A stretch of 64,000 nt of DNA from Candidatus Hydrothermarchaeales archaeon (GCA_036444275.1 JAZGAD010000010.1:1-64000); one strand, 5' to 3'; positions 30,247-40,911 are shown, counted from the stretch's first letter. Program-made: numbers and translations. Notes: a model not told the origin generated them from the letters alone.

Positions 30247-31806
30247 CTACTTAAAACCTTTTTCGATATTCATTCCCTTCTCTTTCCCCTTTCTCCTCAT
30301 CAAGAATATTCGGTTTATCCCAGAGATCATCGCCTCAACAGAGGCCATGACTATGTCCTCTCTAGCCGCTCTTCCTGTAGCTAGGTGCCCTTTCCCGTCC
30401 TCCAGTTTTACCATTACCTCGGCCAGAGCGTTAGAGCCCCCTGTTATCGCCTCAAGGTGATACTCAATGAGCATAATATCCTCTATGTCCTGCACTGTGC
30501 TTCTTATGGCATTCATGGCAGCGTCCACCGGACCTACGCCTGTATCAGCCCCCTTTATCTCCTTGCCCTTGAACCTCAGGGTGACAGAAGCAGTAGGCGT
30601 GATGCGATTTCCTGTCATCACCGTCACTTCCTTGAGGTCGACGAGCTTTTCCTTCCCGCCGAGCTCTCCCACCACTGCCTCTGCTATTGCTTGAAGGTCA
30701 GCGTCAGTCACGCGCTTACCCTTGTCCCCAAGGTCCTTGACCCGATCAGTTATATCTAGGAGTTGGTCCTTGTTCACAGAGACGCCCATATCCTTGAGCA
30801 TAGCCCCTATGCCATGCGTTCCAGCGTGTTTCCCAGAGATAAGCCTGCGCTTATGGCCAACCATTTCAGGCGTCATAACGCCAGGCTCAAAGGTGGCGCT
30901 CTTAGAGATCACGCCATGTGTATGTATGCCTGCCTCATGTGAAAACGCATTCTCACCTACTATAGGGAAATTTGGAGGCATCCTTATGCCGGTAAACCTC
31001 TCCACTACCTTAGATGTCTCATAGAGGTACTGTGTCCTTATATTCGTCTTCACGCCGTAGATGGAGACCAGACTCATTACCGCTTCCTCCAAGTCAGCGT
31101 TTCCAGCGCGCTCGCCCAGGCCGTTCACAGCCACCTGGATCTCCCTAGCACCTGCTTCTACAGCGGCAAGAGTATTCGCTACAGCCAATCCGAAATCGTT
31201 GTGGCAGTGGACATCGATTGGGATCTTTACAGCTTCATAGACCTCCTCAGTCAGCTTGCGCATCGCCGAGGGTATCATCACCCCAACAGTATCAGGGATG
31301 TTAATAATGTCAGCCCCGGCATCTTCGGCAGCCTTGAACACTCTAATGAGGTAATCCAGATCCGTTCTAGTCGCATCCATCGCAGAGAAGAGGCACTCCA
31401 CACCATGGTCCTTTATGTACTGCACAGAGTCTCCAGCCATCTTTACTATCTCTTCCTTGGATTTCTTGATGGTGTACTTTATCTGGATGTCACTGGTTGA
31501 GACGAAAGTGTGCACTAGATCCACGTTACAATCCAGGCAGGCGTCTATGTCTCCTTTTTTTGTCCTGGAAAGACCGCATACAGTCGACTCGAGGCCCTCG
31601 GCAGCGATCCTTGAGACAGCTTCCTTCTCACCCTTCGAGGATATTGGAAAACCAGCCTCGATTATGTCTACACCCAGCTTGTCCAGTTGCCGAGCAATAA
31701 TCAGTTTTTCCTCGCTGGTCAGAGAAACCCCAGGTGTCTGCTCCCCATCACGGAGGGTGGTGTCAAAGACACGGACCTCCTTAGGCAGATTCATATCCTT
31801 CTTCAC
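30247..31806 (-). CDS. 2-isopropylmalate synthase / (R)-citramalate synthase (with LeuA regulatory domain)
   Basis: [27 protein letters not shown]-terminal GVGPVDAA and DIVMAS. Confidence 0.9.
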   Translation of the reverse strand: MKKDMNLPKEVRVFDTTLRDGEQTPGVSLTSEEKLIIARQLDKLGVDIIEAGFPISSKGEKEAVSRIAAEGLESTVCGLSRTKKGDIDACLDCNVDLVHTFVSTSDIQIKYTIKKSKEEIVKMAGDSVQYIKDHGVECLFSAMDATRTDLDYLIRVFKAAEDAGADIINIPDTVGVMIPSAMRKLTEEVYEAVKIPIDVHCHNDFGLAVANTLAAVEAGAREIQVAVNGLGERAGNADLEEAVMSLVSIYGVKTNIRTQYLYETSKVVERFTGIRMPPNFPIVGENAFSHEAGIHTHGVISKSATFEPGVMTPEMVGHKRRLISGKHAGTHGIGAMLKDMGVSVNKDQLLDITDRVKDLGDKGKRVTDADLQAIAEAVVGELGGKEKLVDLKEVTVMTGNRITPTASVTLRFKGKEIKGADTGVGPVDAAMNAIRSTVQDIEDIMLIEYHLEAITGGSNALAEVMVKLEDGKGHLATGRAAREDIVMASVEAMISGINRIFLMRRKGKEKGMNIEKGFK

Positions 31807-31847
31807 GGCGCTAATGCCGTAAAAAGTAATCCCGTCCTTTCATTTTT

Positions 31848-33083
31848 TTAACCTCCCTCGAACTTTGCAGGCTCCGGATATAAATCTTCCCCAACTTTAT
31901 CCTTGCTTCTCGCTTCTTCTTTCTTTTTCTCCTCCATTGGTTCATTCACCAGGCCCTTCACATCGTCATAGATAAGCCTGAAGTCCTCTTCCACACTGTA
32001 GAGCTTGCCGTCCAGAGCCTTGAGCCTGTCGAATATCCTAGAAAGCTTCTCTGAGTAGGTCCCGCGGCTCTTCAGCATCTTTCCCAGCTGGTAGAAGTAC
32101 CTGATCCTCTCGCTGCGTTTTACCCCTGACAATGCAACCATCACCTCTAGGTCCTTCTTATCTGGAGAGGGAATGTCTCCTCCCCGCACCTCTACTCCAC
32201 CTATGTTCTTCTCCACCCACAGCCTCGCTGGTATACTCCCCATGAAATCAATGCTCCTGGGCCCAGATACTACGACCAAAGCCTTCTGAGCCTCGCCGAC
32301 CTCGAATGGAAAGAGCATGTCAGCCGCTGCCTTCTCGGTAAGGGATACCACGAGCTCTGGCTTGCTAACGGTCTCCAAGTGCTTGGAGAACAAACCGGAG
32401 CGCTCTTCCCTTAACACATAGCTGCCTATGCCTATACTGCAGATGCCATTGAGTGTGTTTGTCACGTCCGTAGCAGTAACCACATTCTCCCCTAACTCCT
32501 CCTTGGACTTGTATTCGCCTATATCGAAGAGCTTTCTGAAATACCAGAAGAGCTGCTTATTGATGTGATTGTACCAAGGCCTCAACCTACGGCCACCCCT
32601 CAAGCGGTCGTTATCAATAGGGAATACTGCGTCGAATTTCGCTACGATATTCCTAAAGCACTCCGAGAAATTAATTGCTGCCCTCTCGGGATCCTCTTCA
32701 GAGGGCAGGACGCCCATGCAGTAGACCGGCTCGGTAAAGCTTCTCTTAAGTTCTTCAGCGAGGACATCGACAGCTCCACCTGTGCCCCCACCCATAGCCG
32801 AGATTACGAGTATGCAGTCCATCTCATCTTTTATTGAATCCATTCGATCCACTATTCTGTACTTCTCAGCCTCCATTATCTCCCGCCCGATCTCCAGCTC
32901 ACCTCCAGTGCCATTTCCGTCCATCACATTATCGCCTAATAGGAGTTTATAGCGGTAGTCGAAATACTTCACGTCAGAGTCCTCTGAGTCCATTAGGATG
33001 CCGGTATACGGCTCCTTAGAAGTCAGAAATAAGTCAGCTATCCTACACCCAGCTCTGCCTACACCAATAATGAAAGGCTTCAA
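31848..33083 (-). CDS. Tubulin/FtsZ superfamily protein, CetZ-like
   Basis: IGVGRAGCRIAD, GNGTGG..IG, AMGGGTGG, DND, GENVVTATDVTNTL and EVRGGDIP motifs. Confidence 0.8.
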   Translation of the reverse strand: MKPFIIGVGRAGCRIADLFLTSKEPYTGILMDSEDSDVKYFDYRYKLLLGDNVMDGNGTGGELEIGREIMEAEKYRIVDRMDSIKDEMDCILVISAMGGGTGGAVDVLAEELKRSFTEPVYCMGVLPSEEDPERAAINFSECFRNIVAKFDAVFPIDNDRLRGGRRLRPWYNHINKQLFWYFRKLFDIGEYKSKEELGENVVTATDVTNTLNGICSIGIGSYVLREERSGLFSKHLETVSKPELVVSLTEKAAADMLFPFEVGEAQKALVVVSGPRSIDFMGSIPARLWVEKNIGGVEVRGGDIPSPDKKDLEVMVALSGVKRSERIRYFYQLGKMLKSRGTYSEKLSRIFDRLKALDGKLYSVEEDFRLIYDDVKGLVNEPMEEKKKEEARSKDKVGEDLYPEPAKFEGG

Positions 33084-33180
33084 TGAACTCCACCTAATTT
33101 TCTCTATTTAAAGAAGCTTGATAAATCTTTCCTTTTTTGGTGAAGTGTGAAGCGTAACTTTTAAATCTTAACAGTGTGCA

Positions 33181-33732
33181 TTGAAGTCGATGATACCTCG
33201 AAAGATGTTTTTGACCAAGGGAGTGGGAAGGCACAAGGAAAAGCTGCAGTCCTTCGAATTAGCACTTAGGGATGCGGGCATAGAGAAGTTTAACATTGTA
33301 CGGGTCTCTAGCATCCTGCCTCCAAAGTGTAAGATCATCTCCCGGGAAGCTGGCCTTAAAAAGCTGGAAGCAGGGCAGATCATTAACTGCGTTCTGAGCG
33401 AGAATGCCAGCAACGAGCCCAACCGCCTTATAGTTGCTTCCATCGGTTGTGCCATCCCAGCTAACAAGGACCAGTACGGCTACCTCAGCGAGCACCACTC
33501 ATTCGGCGAAAAAGAAGGCAAAGCTAGTGACTATGCCGAGGATCTAGCGGCCTGCATGCTGGCAACTACCTTGGGCATCGAGTTCGACGTGGACAAGAGC
33601 TACGATGAGCGTAAGGAAGTCTGGAAGATGAGTGGCAAGATAGTCAGGACTAGGAGCCTAACACAGTCAGCCATAGTAAACCCAAGCGGAAAGTGGACCA
33701 CTGTTATTGCTGCCGCGGTCTTCATACCTTAA
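33181..33732 (+). CDS. pdaD: Pyruvoyl-dependent arginine decarboxylase
   Basis: SFELALRDAGI..NIVRVSSILPP (SS cleavage site), YGYLSEHH and WTTVIAAAV. Confidence 0.92.
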   Translation: MKSMIPRKMFLTKGVGRHKEKLQSFELALRDAGIEKFNIVRVSSILPPKCKIISREAGLKKLEAGQIINCVLSENASNEPNRLIVASIGCAIPANKDQYGYLSEHHSFGEKEGKASDYAEDLAACMLATTLGIEFDVDKSYDERKEVWKMSGKIVRTRSLTQSAIVNPSGKWTTVIAAAVFIP

Positions 33733-33859
33733 TTTAATCCCCGTGTTTTAGACACATAGTCATTAGAGAGAAAAGTTCAACTTCTGGAGAATCTCTTTTT
33801 TTGTGATTTTGTGATATATAAATAACGAATTTTATATAGCAATTTTCATATTCTTCTAT

Positions 33860-34765
33860 ATGAAGAAACTTTTACTGTTACTGTTGCTCCTGCTCCTTCT
33901 GAGCCCTGCGCTCGTTCATGCTACTCAACTAAGATCATACAAGATATTGGCAGAGATAAAGGGCGGGATAGTCCATGAGGAATTGTTGATCTCCCTTTTC
34001 AATGATGGTCAAAGCGAACTCATCTCAGGCTCGATTACTGCCCCCATATCTGCTGAAATAGTCTCTATTAGAGATACCTACGGCCAGCTGGGCTACCAGA
34101 TACAGAGTGATGGCATTCAAACTATGAATTTCAATTTTAGCATTCCTATTCACCCCGGTGAAGAGCGTTTGGTGATTGCGAGTATTAAGGCTCCTTTGAT
34201 CACGCAAAAAGAGGAATATTCTGAATATCTCTTGGTATTCACGCCAAAGCAGAACATCTCTGACTTTGAGCACGTCCTCAAGCTTCCGAAGAACGCTGAA
34301 CTATACTCCCCAAGGGAATCATTTTCAATGGTGGTGCCTGAAGGAAAGATCTCAGAAGAACCTAGTGCCATAACCCTAACTTGGAGGATGGGCCTGAAAG
34401 CAAACGAACCAACTGTCTTCCTGGTGAGATACCGCGTTCCAGCATTTCCCTGGGAAAAGCTTGCCTATGCACTGTTCGCCTTGGGCAGCTTGCTGGCAGG
34501 TGCTTTCTTAGGCAATAAATTTTGGATTAGGCGTAAGAGGGCTAAGACCATCAAGTCCCTTAAAATCTTAAATGAGAGGGAAAGATTTGTATTAGAGGAG
34601 ATAATAAAGAATGAAGGGATAAAGCAGCGTGAGCTTATAGGTAAACTCGGCTACACCAAGTCGAGCCTGAGCAAAATCCTGTCTAAATTAGAGGCCCGGG
34701 GTCTGATTAGAAAGGTCAAATCCGGGAAGGTAAACAGGCTTTATCCCGGTGAGAAAATAAGATAA
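33860..34765 (+). CDS. Membrane-spanning protein: extracellular beta domain, TM helix, cytoplasmic winged-HTH
   Basis: Signal peptide, TM near residue 200, then LNERERFVL..GIKQREL...GYTKSSLSKILSKLEARGLI. Confidence 0.8.
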   Translation: MKKLLLLLLLLLLLSPALVHATQLRSYKILAEIKGGIVHEELLISLFNDGQSELISGSITAPISAEIVSIRDTYGQLGYQIQSDGIQTMNFNFSIPIHPGEERLVIASIKAPLITQKEEYSEYLLVFTPKQNISDFEHVLKLPKNAELYSPRESFSMVVPEGKISEEPSAITLTWRMGLKANEPTVFLVRYRVPAFPWEKLAYALFALGSLLAGAFLGNKFWIRRKRAKTIKSLKILNERERFVLEEIIKNEGIKQRELIGKLGYTKSSLSKILSKLEARGLIRKVKSGKVNRLYPGEKIR

Positions 34766-34857
34766 GGCAATAGTCAGCGTATAGTTGAAACAGTTGCTGC
34801 AATAGAACTAAGCATAGTTTCCTCCTAGATATAGTCAAAAACAAGGAGGTTTAAGAA

Positions 34858-35937
34858 ATGAGATCGAAAATCTTTGCGATCGTCGCTGCCGTGATGTTGA
34901 TTACAGCTAGTTTCGCTGTGGTGGCAGCACAAGAAACGCCAAAGGAGCTAAAGGGCAAGAGGCTCCTACACAGATACCACGTTGCCTACCATCATGCCGA
35001 GCAACTGCGTATAGGCATGGAAGCAGTTATAGACTATATGGGCGACGCTAATGCAGGAAAGCTCGAAATCATAAAGGGCGATTTTGTAGCAAAAGAGGAC
35101 GAGTTGAAGACAGTAGCTGAGAACAATGACTTCAAGGGATTCAAGCAAGTTATGGCAGACATGCGGGGCTTAGTAAAAGATTTTAAGACTGAGTCGCATG
35201 CCCTCCTGGAGAACAAAGTTGGAGAGGCTCAGACCATGGTTGCTAAAGCATTGCAGGAGAATAGGGAATACTTGAATTCTCTGGTAGATAATATAAACAG
35301 CGCCAGGGAGGGAGTCGAGCTTGAAGCCGTAGACGAGGCTACTGAGACATCTGAAGAGAAGGCTGATAAGGCATCTGCTAAAGGGGTTGACGTCAGCAAA
35401 ATACAGGCAAAGCTGCAGGAGATAAAAGAGAAGAGAGAAACACTTAAGAGCAAGATTGAAGCAGCCATAGAATCCTGCAGTGGAACAGGAATCGGCAAGT
35501 GCGATACCCCTGAGGCACAGGAATATAAGGCACTAAGAAAAGAGATAAAAGAGGACTTCAAGGAACTCAGGGAAATAGCCAGAGAAACAGGGATGAAGCA
35601 TCGGGTTGCCAATCTCCTAAAGGCATCTCGCCGTGCATTCGAAGCTGTTCAGAAACGCATCGCAGCCGCAGAGGAGCAGGGAGCTGATGTTGCTGTTGTA
35701 AAGGCAAAACTGGACGAGGTAAAAAGCATGATCGACTCAGCAGAAGTGAAATACGAGGCAGGCGACTATCGAGGCGCCATCGAGGATCTCAAGGCATCTA
35801 AAGTTGCATTTGTATCAGCAGCACGCGAGGTCAAAAGTCTGAGACAGACTAGGAAAACAGAGAAAGCAGGTGCGACAGAGGAAACACCCAGGGAAACAGG
35901 GAAACCAGAGAATAAATCTAAGGGAAAAGGTAGGTAG
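34858..35937 (+). CDS. Secreted alpha-helical/coiled-coil protein
   Basis: Signal peptide; A/E/K-rich heptads; GGAGG RBS. Confidence 0.75.
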   Translation: MRSKIFAIVAAVMLITASFAVVAAQETPKELKGKRLLHRYHVAYHHAEQLRIGMEAVIDYMGDANAGKLEIIKGDFVAKEDELKTVAENNDFKGFKQVMADMRGLVKDFKTESHALLENKVGEAQTMVAKALQENREYLNSLVDNINSAREGVELEAVDEATETSEEKADKASAKGVDVSKIQAKLQEIKEKRETLKSKIEAAIESCSGTGIGKCDTPEAQEYKALRKEIKEDFKELREIARETGMKHRVANLLKASRRAFEAVQKRIAAAEEQGADVAVVKAKLDEVKSMIDSAEVKYEAGDYRGAIEDLKASKVAFVSAAREVKSLRQTRKTEKAGATEETPRETGKPENKSKGKGR

Positions 35938-35950
35938 ATGGGGTGAAGCT

Positions 35951-36178
35951 GTGAGATCGAAATCTATTTTGCTGGTACTGCTGGTCGTCGGTGCGCTATT
36001 GAGCGGTTGCGTATCTAAGAAGCCAGCAGCACCTACTACCACCCAACCACCTATTACAGAGGCGCCAGAGGCCCTTGAGGAGTCATTTCCCGACGTAACA
36101 GCTCCTACCGAAGAGATAGAGATTACAGAACCAGACTTCGAACTGAATGAAACCGTAGACCTGGGCTCGATCCTCTGA
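35951..36178 (+). CDS. Small acidic lipoprotein
   Basis: GTG start after GGGGTGA; lipobox LLSGC; P/T/E-rich tail. Confidence 0.75.
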   Translation: MRSKSILLVLLVVGALLSGCVSKKPAAPTTTQPPITEAPEALEESFPDVTAPTEEIEITEPDFELNETVDLGSIL

Positions 36179-36183
36179 GCCCC

Positions 36184-36202
36184 TTTTTTTCTTTTCTTTT
36201 TT
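36184..36202 (+). terminator. Archaeal oligo-T terminator
   Basis: TTTTTTTCTTTTCTTTTTT directly after the lipoprotein stop. Confidence 0.6.
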
Positions 36203-36218
36203 CTTACATTATATGAGC

Positions 36219-36480
36219 TTAATAGCGGCCGGTATAGACTAACCTGCCAAGCGAAGGACTCAGTTCCTCAATTTCTCTCAATATTTCAACCAGCTTTTCT
36301 CCGCTTTCAGTGAGGCAGTAGGTTACTTTGGGCGGATACTCAGCTATCACCTTCCTTTCAACGATCTTCAGCTTTACCAGTTCTTTCAACCGCCTGCTTA
36401 CCGTGGTGTAGTGCCCCAGTTCATTTATCTCAGACTATCTCGCCTCCTCTTTCTCTTTCAAAAGAAGTAAACCCAAACCT
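36219..36480 (-). pseudogene. HxlR-family winged-helix regulator pseudogene
   Basis: Minus frame reads LLLLKEKEEAR*SEINELGHYTTVSRRLKELVKLKIVERKVIAEYPPKVTYCLTESGEKL, with an in-frame TAG and no clean start. Confidence 0.7.
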
Positions 36481-36525
36481 ACAACTAGGAATACAAGAGA
36501 TAATGCAAGTCTCGTAAGCTTTCCA

Positions 36526-37785
36526 TTAAAGGGTTACATGAATCTTTCTTTTGACGTAGTTTTTCAGCATGCTATCTATAACTCTATACCTACCTGTTCC
36601 TATCTTCCTAATGAACCCTCTCTGCTCCAGCCTCTTGAGATATGTTATTATCTCTACTGGAGTAGATCTCAAGACGTTTTTTGATATCTCTGAGGGGGAT
36701 TCTAAATCGTGCCCAATCATCTCGACATAGGTCTGGAATACCTTCCCCTTCGTAGGGCTTATCTTGCTTAAATCCTCCTCGAACACGTGCATCAATCCTT
36801 CCACTTCAAAGACTCTCTCCTCCAATTTTTTTATAACATCAATTGGTATCTCCTCTCCCCTTACAACCTCCCTGCATATATTCTCACCAAACCAATTCAG
36901 ATACGCAGGGTGTCCCTTCGTAAAATTAACGATCTCATTGATCACCTCGTGAGAGGTCACTCTTTCTAGACGATCGAATCTATCCTTAAGGAAACTACAG
37001 GCGGAGTCATAATCAAATTCACCTATCCATTCTATAGGAATATGCCCGCCAAAGGGTTTTCTCAATAGGATATGCTCCATCATGCCGATATTTGATCCAG
37101 TGAGGACATAAGCTACTCGTTCCTGTTTTTGTAAATGCCTCCTGAAGGCTGGAAGAAAATCAAATGGACGCCTAAAACCACCGACCTCTTGGAATTCGTC
37201 CAGCATCAATACAAAATAGAGCCCGCTTTCACTGCTTATAGTCTCAGTCAAACTCATGGTATCCTCAAAGAGTCTCACTAGCTCCTCTGGCGACGGTTTT
37301 CTTTGCACTGCGATTTTTTCGAATTCTATCCTAAATCTTAGATATTCCGAGACAGCCCTTATCTCCAAAGCCTTCATTTTACCCAAAAGTTCTGATAGCG
37401 CTGAAATAAGCCTATCCTTTGTCCCTACAACAAAATCTGTAACCTTAAGCTTGATCTTTTCCTGTAAGCCCGCATGCTCAAAATATGCGTCCAGTACAGA
37501 ATTCCCCCACAATCCCAAGAACAACTCAAAGGTTAGCTCAGCCTGCCTCTTTATCTCCCTTCCCTCACAGTCTATCAGAACAGGGATTACACCTTCCTCT
37601 GATAGCTTATCCATAAGCACATAGAGGATTGAAGATTTGCCGATTCTTCTGGGACCTACAAGGGCATAATTATGCTTAATGCCCTTTTTTACCTGTAAGA
37701 GCTTATCCAGGAGAAAATCTATCTCTCTCTCCCGATCGTAGAACAGCCATGGCTCAACCGGACCACCAAATTTGAAGTCAATCAT
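36526..37785 (-). CDS. Archaeal AAA+ ATPase (STAND-like) with C-terminal wHTH
   Basis: FYDRERE, Walker A GPRRIGKSS, Walker B LMLDEFQ, TGS and GHPAYL; probable ATG at 37785. Confidence 0.88.
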   Translation of the reverse strand: MIDFKFGGPVEPWLFYDREREIDFLLDKLLQVKKGIKHNYALVGPRRIGKSSILYVLMDKLSEEGVIPVLIDCEGREIKRQAELTFELFLGLWGNSVLDAYFEHAGLQEKIKLKVTDFVVGTKDRLISALSELLGKMKALEIRAVSEYLRFRIEFEKIAVQRKPSPEELVRLFEDTMSLTETISSESGLYFVLMLDEFQEVGGFRRPFDFLPAFRRHLQKQERVAYVLTGSNIGMMEHILLRKPFGGHIPIEWIGEFDYDSACSFLKDRFDRLERVTSHEVINEIVNFTKGHPAYLNWFGENICREVVRGEEIPIDVIKKLEERVFEVEGLMHVFEEDLSKISPTKGKVFQTYVEMIGHDLESPSEISKNVLRSTPVEIITYLKRLEQRGFIRKIGTGRYRVIDSMLKNYVKRKIHVTL

Positions 37786-37787
37786 AG

Positions 37788-37821
37788 TATAGCACAAGTG
37801 CTATATAGCAGCACTGCTATA
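37788..37821. promoter_or_regulatory. Tandem palindromic operator between TATA box and ATPase start
   Basis: TATAGCAC-AA-GTGCTATA (37788-37805) and TATAGCAG-CA-CTGCTATA (37804-37821); minus-strand TTTATATA box overlaps at 37818-37825. Confidence 0.65.
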
Positions 37822-37916
37822 TAAATCTGCCTCCGAAGCTACGATAATGCAAATCTCGTAATCCATTGCCTGATTTTTCCAAATATTATATAAATCCAGC
37901 AGGAAACGTATAGAGT

Positions 37917-38252
37917 ATGATGCCAAAGGTAAATCCAAGGCAGATGAAGCGCATGATGAAGCGCATGGGCATGGAGACAGAGGAGCTGGAAGCCATAGAG
38001 GTAACGATCAAGACAGCTGACAGCGAGATACGCATTGAGAATCCCAGCGTTGTCGTGGTAAAGGCCATGGGGCAAAAGACCTATCAGATCACTGGCGAGG
38101 AACATGTGGAGGCAGTGACAGCGATACCTGAAGAGGATGTAAAGCTCGTTGCTGCGCAGGCAAAGGTCAACGAGGCAGACGCTAGGGAAGCCCTTGAGAA
38201 AACCGATGGAGACCTAGCAGAGGCCATCATACTTCTGGAAAATAAAAAATAA
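37917..38252 (+). CDS. nac: Nascent polypeptide-associated complex protein
   Basis: NPRQMKRMMKRMG, TYQITG, EEDVKLVA and GDLAEAI motifs. Confidence 0.95.
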   Translation: MMPKVNPRQMKRMMKRMGMETEELEAIEVTIKTADSEIRIENPSVVVVKAMGQKTYQITGEEHVEAVTAIPEEDVKLVAAQAKVNEADAREALEKTDGDLAEAIILLENKK

Positions 38253-38296
38253 TCTTGTTTTATACCTACAAAGAGGGAAGAAAGAAGACTGTGACA

Positions 38297-39553
38297 TCAG
38301 CCCACTACGCTAATGTCTAAAAATTCTATACTCGGGGTATATGCAGAAGACACCTGCCGGTAATCCTTGCCGAAGCCCCCGATGTTTTTAAAGAGCTGGA
38401 ATATATTCCCAGATATTATAGCCTTTTGCACTGCTTCGCCGTTGAGGAATGCGTTCCTGGTTTCCACCGAGAAATCACCAGATACCGGGTTAGAGGTATG
38501 CGCTCCTATCAAACCATGCACTACTAAGCCCTTTTCGCTAGGCTTTCCTCTACCCGAGAGAACTAAATTCGTGGCATCGATATAAGGGAGGGAGGCATAG
38601 GAATCTCTTTCAGCATTGCCTGTGCTCTCCTTTCCATCTTTCCCAGCGGTATATGTATCGTATAGATAGCCCTTTAGTACTCCGTCTCTTACAAGTTCTG
38701 TCTTTTGGGAGCTTATTCCCTCGCCATCGAATTTAGAAGTAGCGAGACCATTTTTTAGGGTGCCGTCGTCTACAATGTTGAACCTTGAGAATAATTGTTC
38801 GTCTATCTTCCCAGCCAGCTGAGAACGTCCCCTTTGAACATTGTCGGCGCTGAAGGAAGGGATAAGCACATTCTCCACTAGATCAGCCACTGCTGGGGGC
38901 TTTAGGGTAATATCTGTCTGCAGTTCGCCTATTTCCATCGCCTTTAGCGAGCTGCGTGCCAGTTCAGCTGCCTTCCTCCCGATCTCTGCAAAATCCAAGT
39001 CCAGTTTCCTCGAGGAATCATAGTAGAGAGCCGATGCAGGCTGATCATCGTCTGCGACTGCACTCAGCACTGCAGAGCACCACGTGCCCTGGTCAGCTCC
39101 ATAGAGACCATGGGTGTTCCATATCTCGACCTCTGAACTACTCCATGATATAGATCCATAGCTAGCTATCACACCCCGCCCAGCACACGGAGCTACTAAG
39201 GCGTCTACAAATTCAGGAGCCTGCTCCAAATCCAAATCTGCTATATCCTCGTCGAACACTCCTAACTCCTTGTATCGCTCTTGATGTGGTAAAGCAACGT
39301 GGGGATCGCGCTCGCTGGCCTTAGCTACCTTTAAAGCACTATTGAGGACTTCCTCGCTCAGACTATTCGAATATGCGAAGCCCATGTGTTTATCCTTTAT
39401 CACTCTAACGCCGTAGCCTGATGAAGAGCTCTCCTTGAAGAGGTCCATCTCCCCCCGCCACAGCTCCAATGTGTGCCCGCGGCTGCTAGATAAATAGATC
39501 TCGGCTTCGTCAGCCCGCTTAGCTAGGTAATCTAGTGCTTCGTCAGCTCTCAA
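38297..39553 (-). CDS. pmbA: PmbA/TldE-family protein
   Basis: GVRVI, FDGEG, GVLKGYLYD, STGNA and NPVSGDFS; no HExxH. Confidence 0.9.
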   Translation of the reverse strand: MRADEALDYLAKRADEAEIYLSSSRGHTLELWRGEMDLFKESSSSGYGVRVIKDKHMGFAYSNSLSEEVLNSALKVAKASERDPHVALPHQERYKELGVFDEDIADLDLEQAPEFVDALVAPCAGRGVIASYGSISWSSSEVEIWNTHGLYGADQGTWCSAVLSAVADDDQPASALYYDSSRKLDLDFAEIGRKAAELARSSLKAMEIGELQTDITLKPPAVADLVENVLIPSFSADNVQRGRSQLAGKIDEQLFSRFNIVDDGTLKNGLATSKFDGEGISSQKTELVRDGVLKGYLYDTYTAGKDGKESTGNAERDSYASLPYIDATNLVLSGRGKPSEKGLVVHGLIGAHTSNPVSGDFSVETRNAFLNGEAVQKAIISGNIFQLFKNIGGFGKDYRQVSSAYTPSIEFLDISVVG

Positions 39554-40911
39554 TGCACCGTACCTCCTACCGTAGCGAAGGTCCGCATATGAGGTCCACC
39601 ATCCCCTACTGGAACCGACTGTGCCCCTTTGCCGCAGAAGCCTATGTGGATACCGAAGTCTTTGCCAACTGCATCCACGTTTTTCAGAATATCCAGGGTC
39701 CTGCCAGATAGCGCCACATCTCTTACTGGAGTGGTTATCTCGCCATTTTCTATAAGGAATCCCTCCTCTGCGCTGAATTGGAATACTCCTCGCACCGTGT
39801 CTACCTCACCGCCCTTGGAGCCCTTCAAGTATACGCCTTTCGCCACGTCCACGATCTCTTCGAATTCAAAGTCCCCTGGCTCAAGGTAGGTATTGCTCAT
39901 CCTGACCAGGGGTTGATAGGCATAGCTCTGGCTCCTTGCATTCCCAGTGTTAATGTGTCCCATCTCTGAAGAGGTCTCCCTAGAGTGGAGATAGCTCTTC
40001 AGGACGCCGTTCTTTACTACCACCTTCTTCATTGCCCTAGTCCCTTCTGAATCATAGAAATAAAAACCAAATGATCCATCTATTGTAGGGTCGTCGAAGA
40101 CCGTGACCAACTCAGATGCTATCGCCTTCCCCAGCTTATCCTCCAAAATGGATTCTCCTTGTATGACGTGATCAGCCTCCACAGCATGCCCTAAGGCCTC
40201 ATGGATGAATACGCCTGTCAACTTTGAGTCGAGTACGACCTGGAAATTGCCCCTAGGAGCTTCTTTAGCATCAAGCAGGCTAAGTGCCTTCTCACCAGCC
40301 TTCCGCGAGGAATCTCCAACTTTTTCCAGTGCCTCTAACCCGGCAGTAGCTCCGAGTCTCTCCAAGCCGATCTGAAGCTTCGCCCCTTTCTTAGCGAAGA
40401 CCGAGGAGAATACTGCGACCCTTGGATACTCTGCCTCTATACGGCTTCCCTCAGAATTTAAATAGCTAATCCTAGTGTTGGAGTCGAAGTAAGAGAATGA
40501 AGAACTTACTATCCCATCAAGATCTGCGATGGCGTCTTCGGCCGAACTCAAAATCTCTCTCTTCTCTTCAATACCCACAGAGGCCGGGTCTATTCTTGGC
40601 TTAACCTTGACCCTATCCTCTACTGCATCTACGACTTCGAACTTTATCTCCCTCTTTACCCTTTTGGCTATCTTATAGGCCCTTGTAGCGAGGGCATAGA
40701 TATCCTTCAAATCATTGGAAGATGCAAAACCCCAGCCCTTATCCAGTACCCTTATGCAGATGCCTGAGAGCTCGCCGGTAGAGATATCCTTGGCTACGCC
40801 GTCCTTAGACAGAATGCTGGTCGTCTTAGAACTCTGTAGGGTTACATCTACAAAACGGGCTGGTATCTCTAAAATCTTCTCTATCTCCCCATCCCAAGAT
40901 TCAGGCTCCAT
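39550..40911 (-). CDS. tldD: TldD metalloprotease
   Basis: GVFIHEALGHAVEAD, YDSEG, TGNAR, VRMSNTY and CGKGAQSVPVGDGGPH. Confidence 0.93.
   Translation of the reverse strand: MEPESWDGEIEKILEIPARFVDVTLQSSKTTSILSKDGVAKDISTGELSGICIRVLDKGWGFASSNDLKDIYALATRAYKIAKRVKREIKFEVVDAVEDRVKVKPRIDPASVGIEEKREILSSAEDAIADLDGIVSSSFSYFDSNTRISYLNSEGSRIEAEYPRVAVFSSVFAKKGAKLQIGLERLGATAGLEALEKVGDSSRKAGEKALSLLDAKEAPRGNFQVVLDSKLTGVFIHEALGHAVEADHVIQGESILEDKLGKAIASELVTVFDDPTIDGSFGFYFYDSEGTRAMKKVVVKNGVLKSYLHSRETSSEMGHINTGNARSQSYAYQPLVRMSNTYLEPGDFEFEEIVDVAKGVYLKGSKGGEVDTVRGVFQFSAEEGFLIENGEITTPVRDVALSGRTLDILKNVDAVGKDFGIHIGFCGKGAQSVPVGDGGPHMRTFATVGGTVH

Noticed and set aside
36430-36445. In-frame TAG in the HxlR-like frame as pyrrolysine
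   Set aside because: It falls at a position that looks like Tyr/Phe in ARYSEI-type motifs and the 5' end is also disrupted; a pseudogene is simpler.
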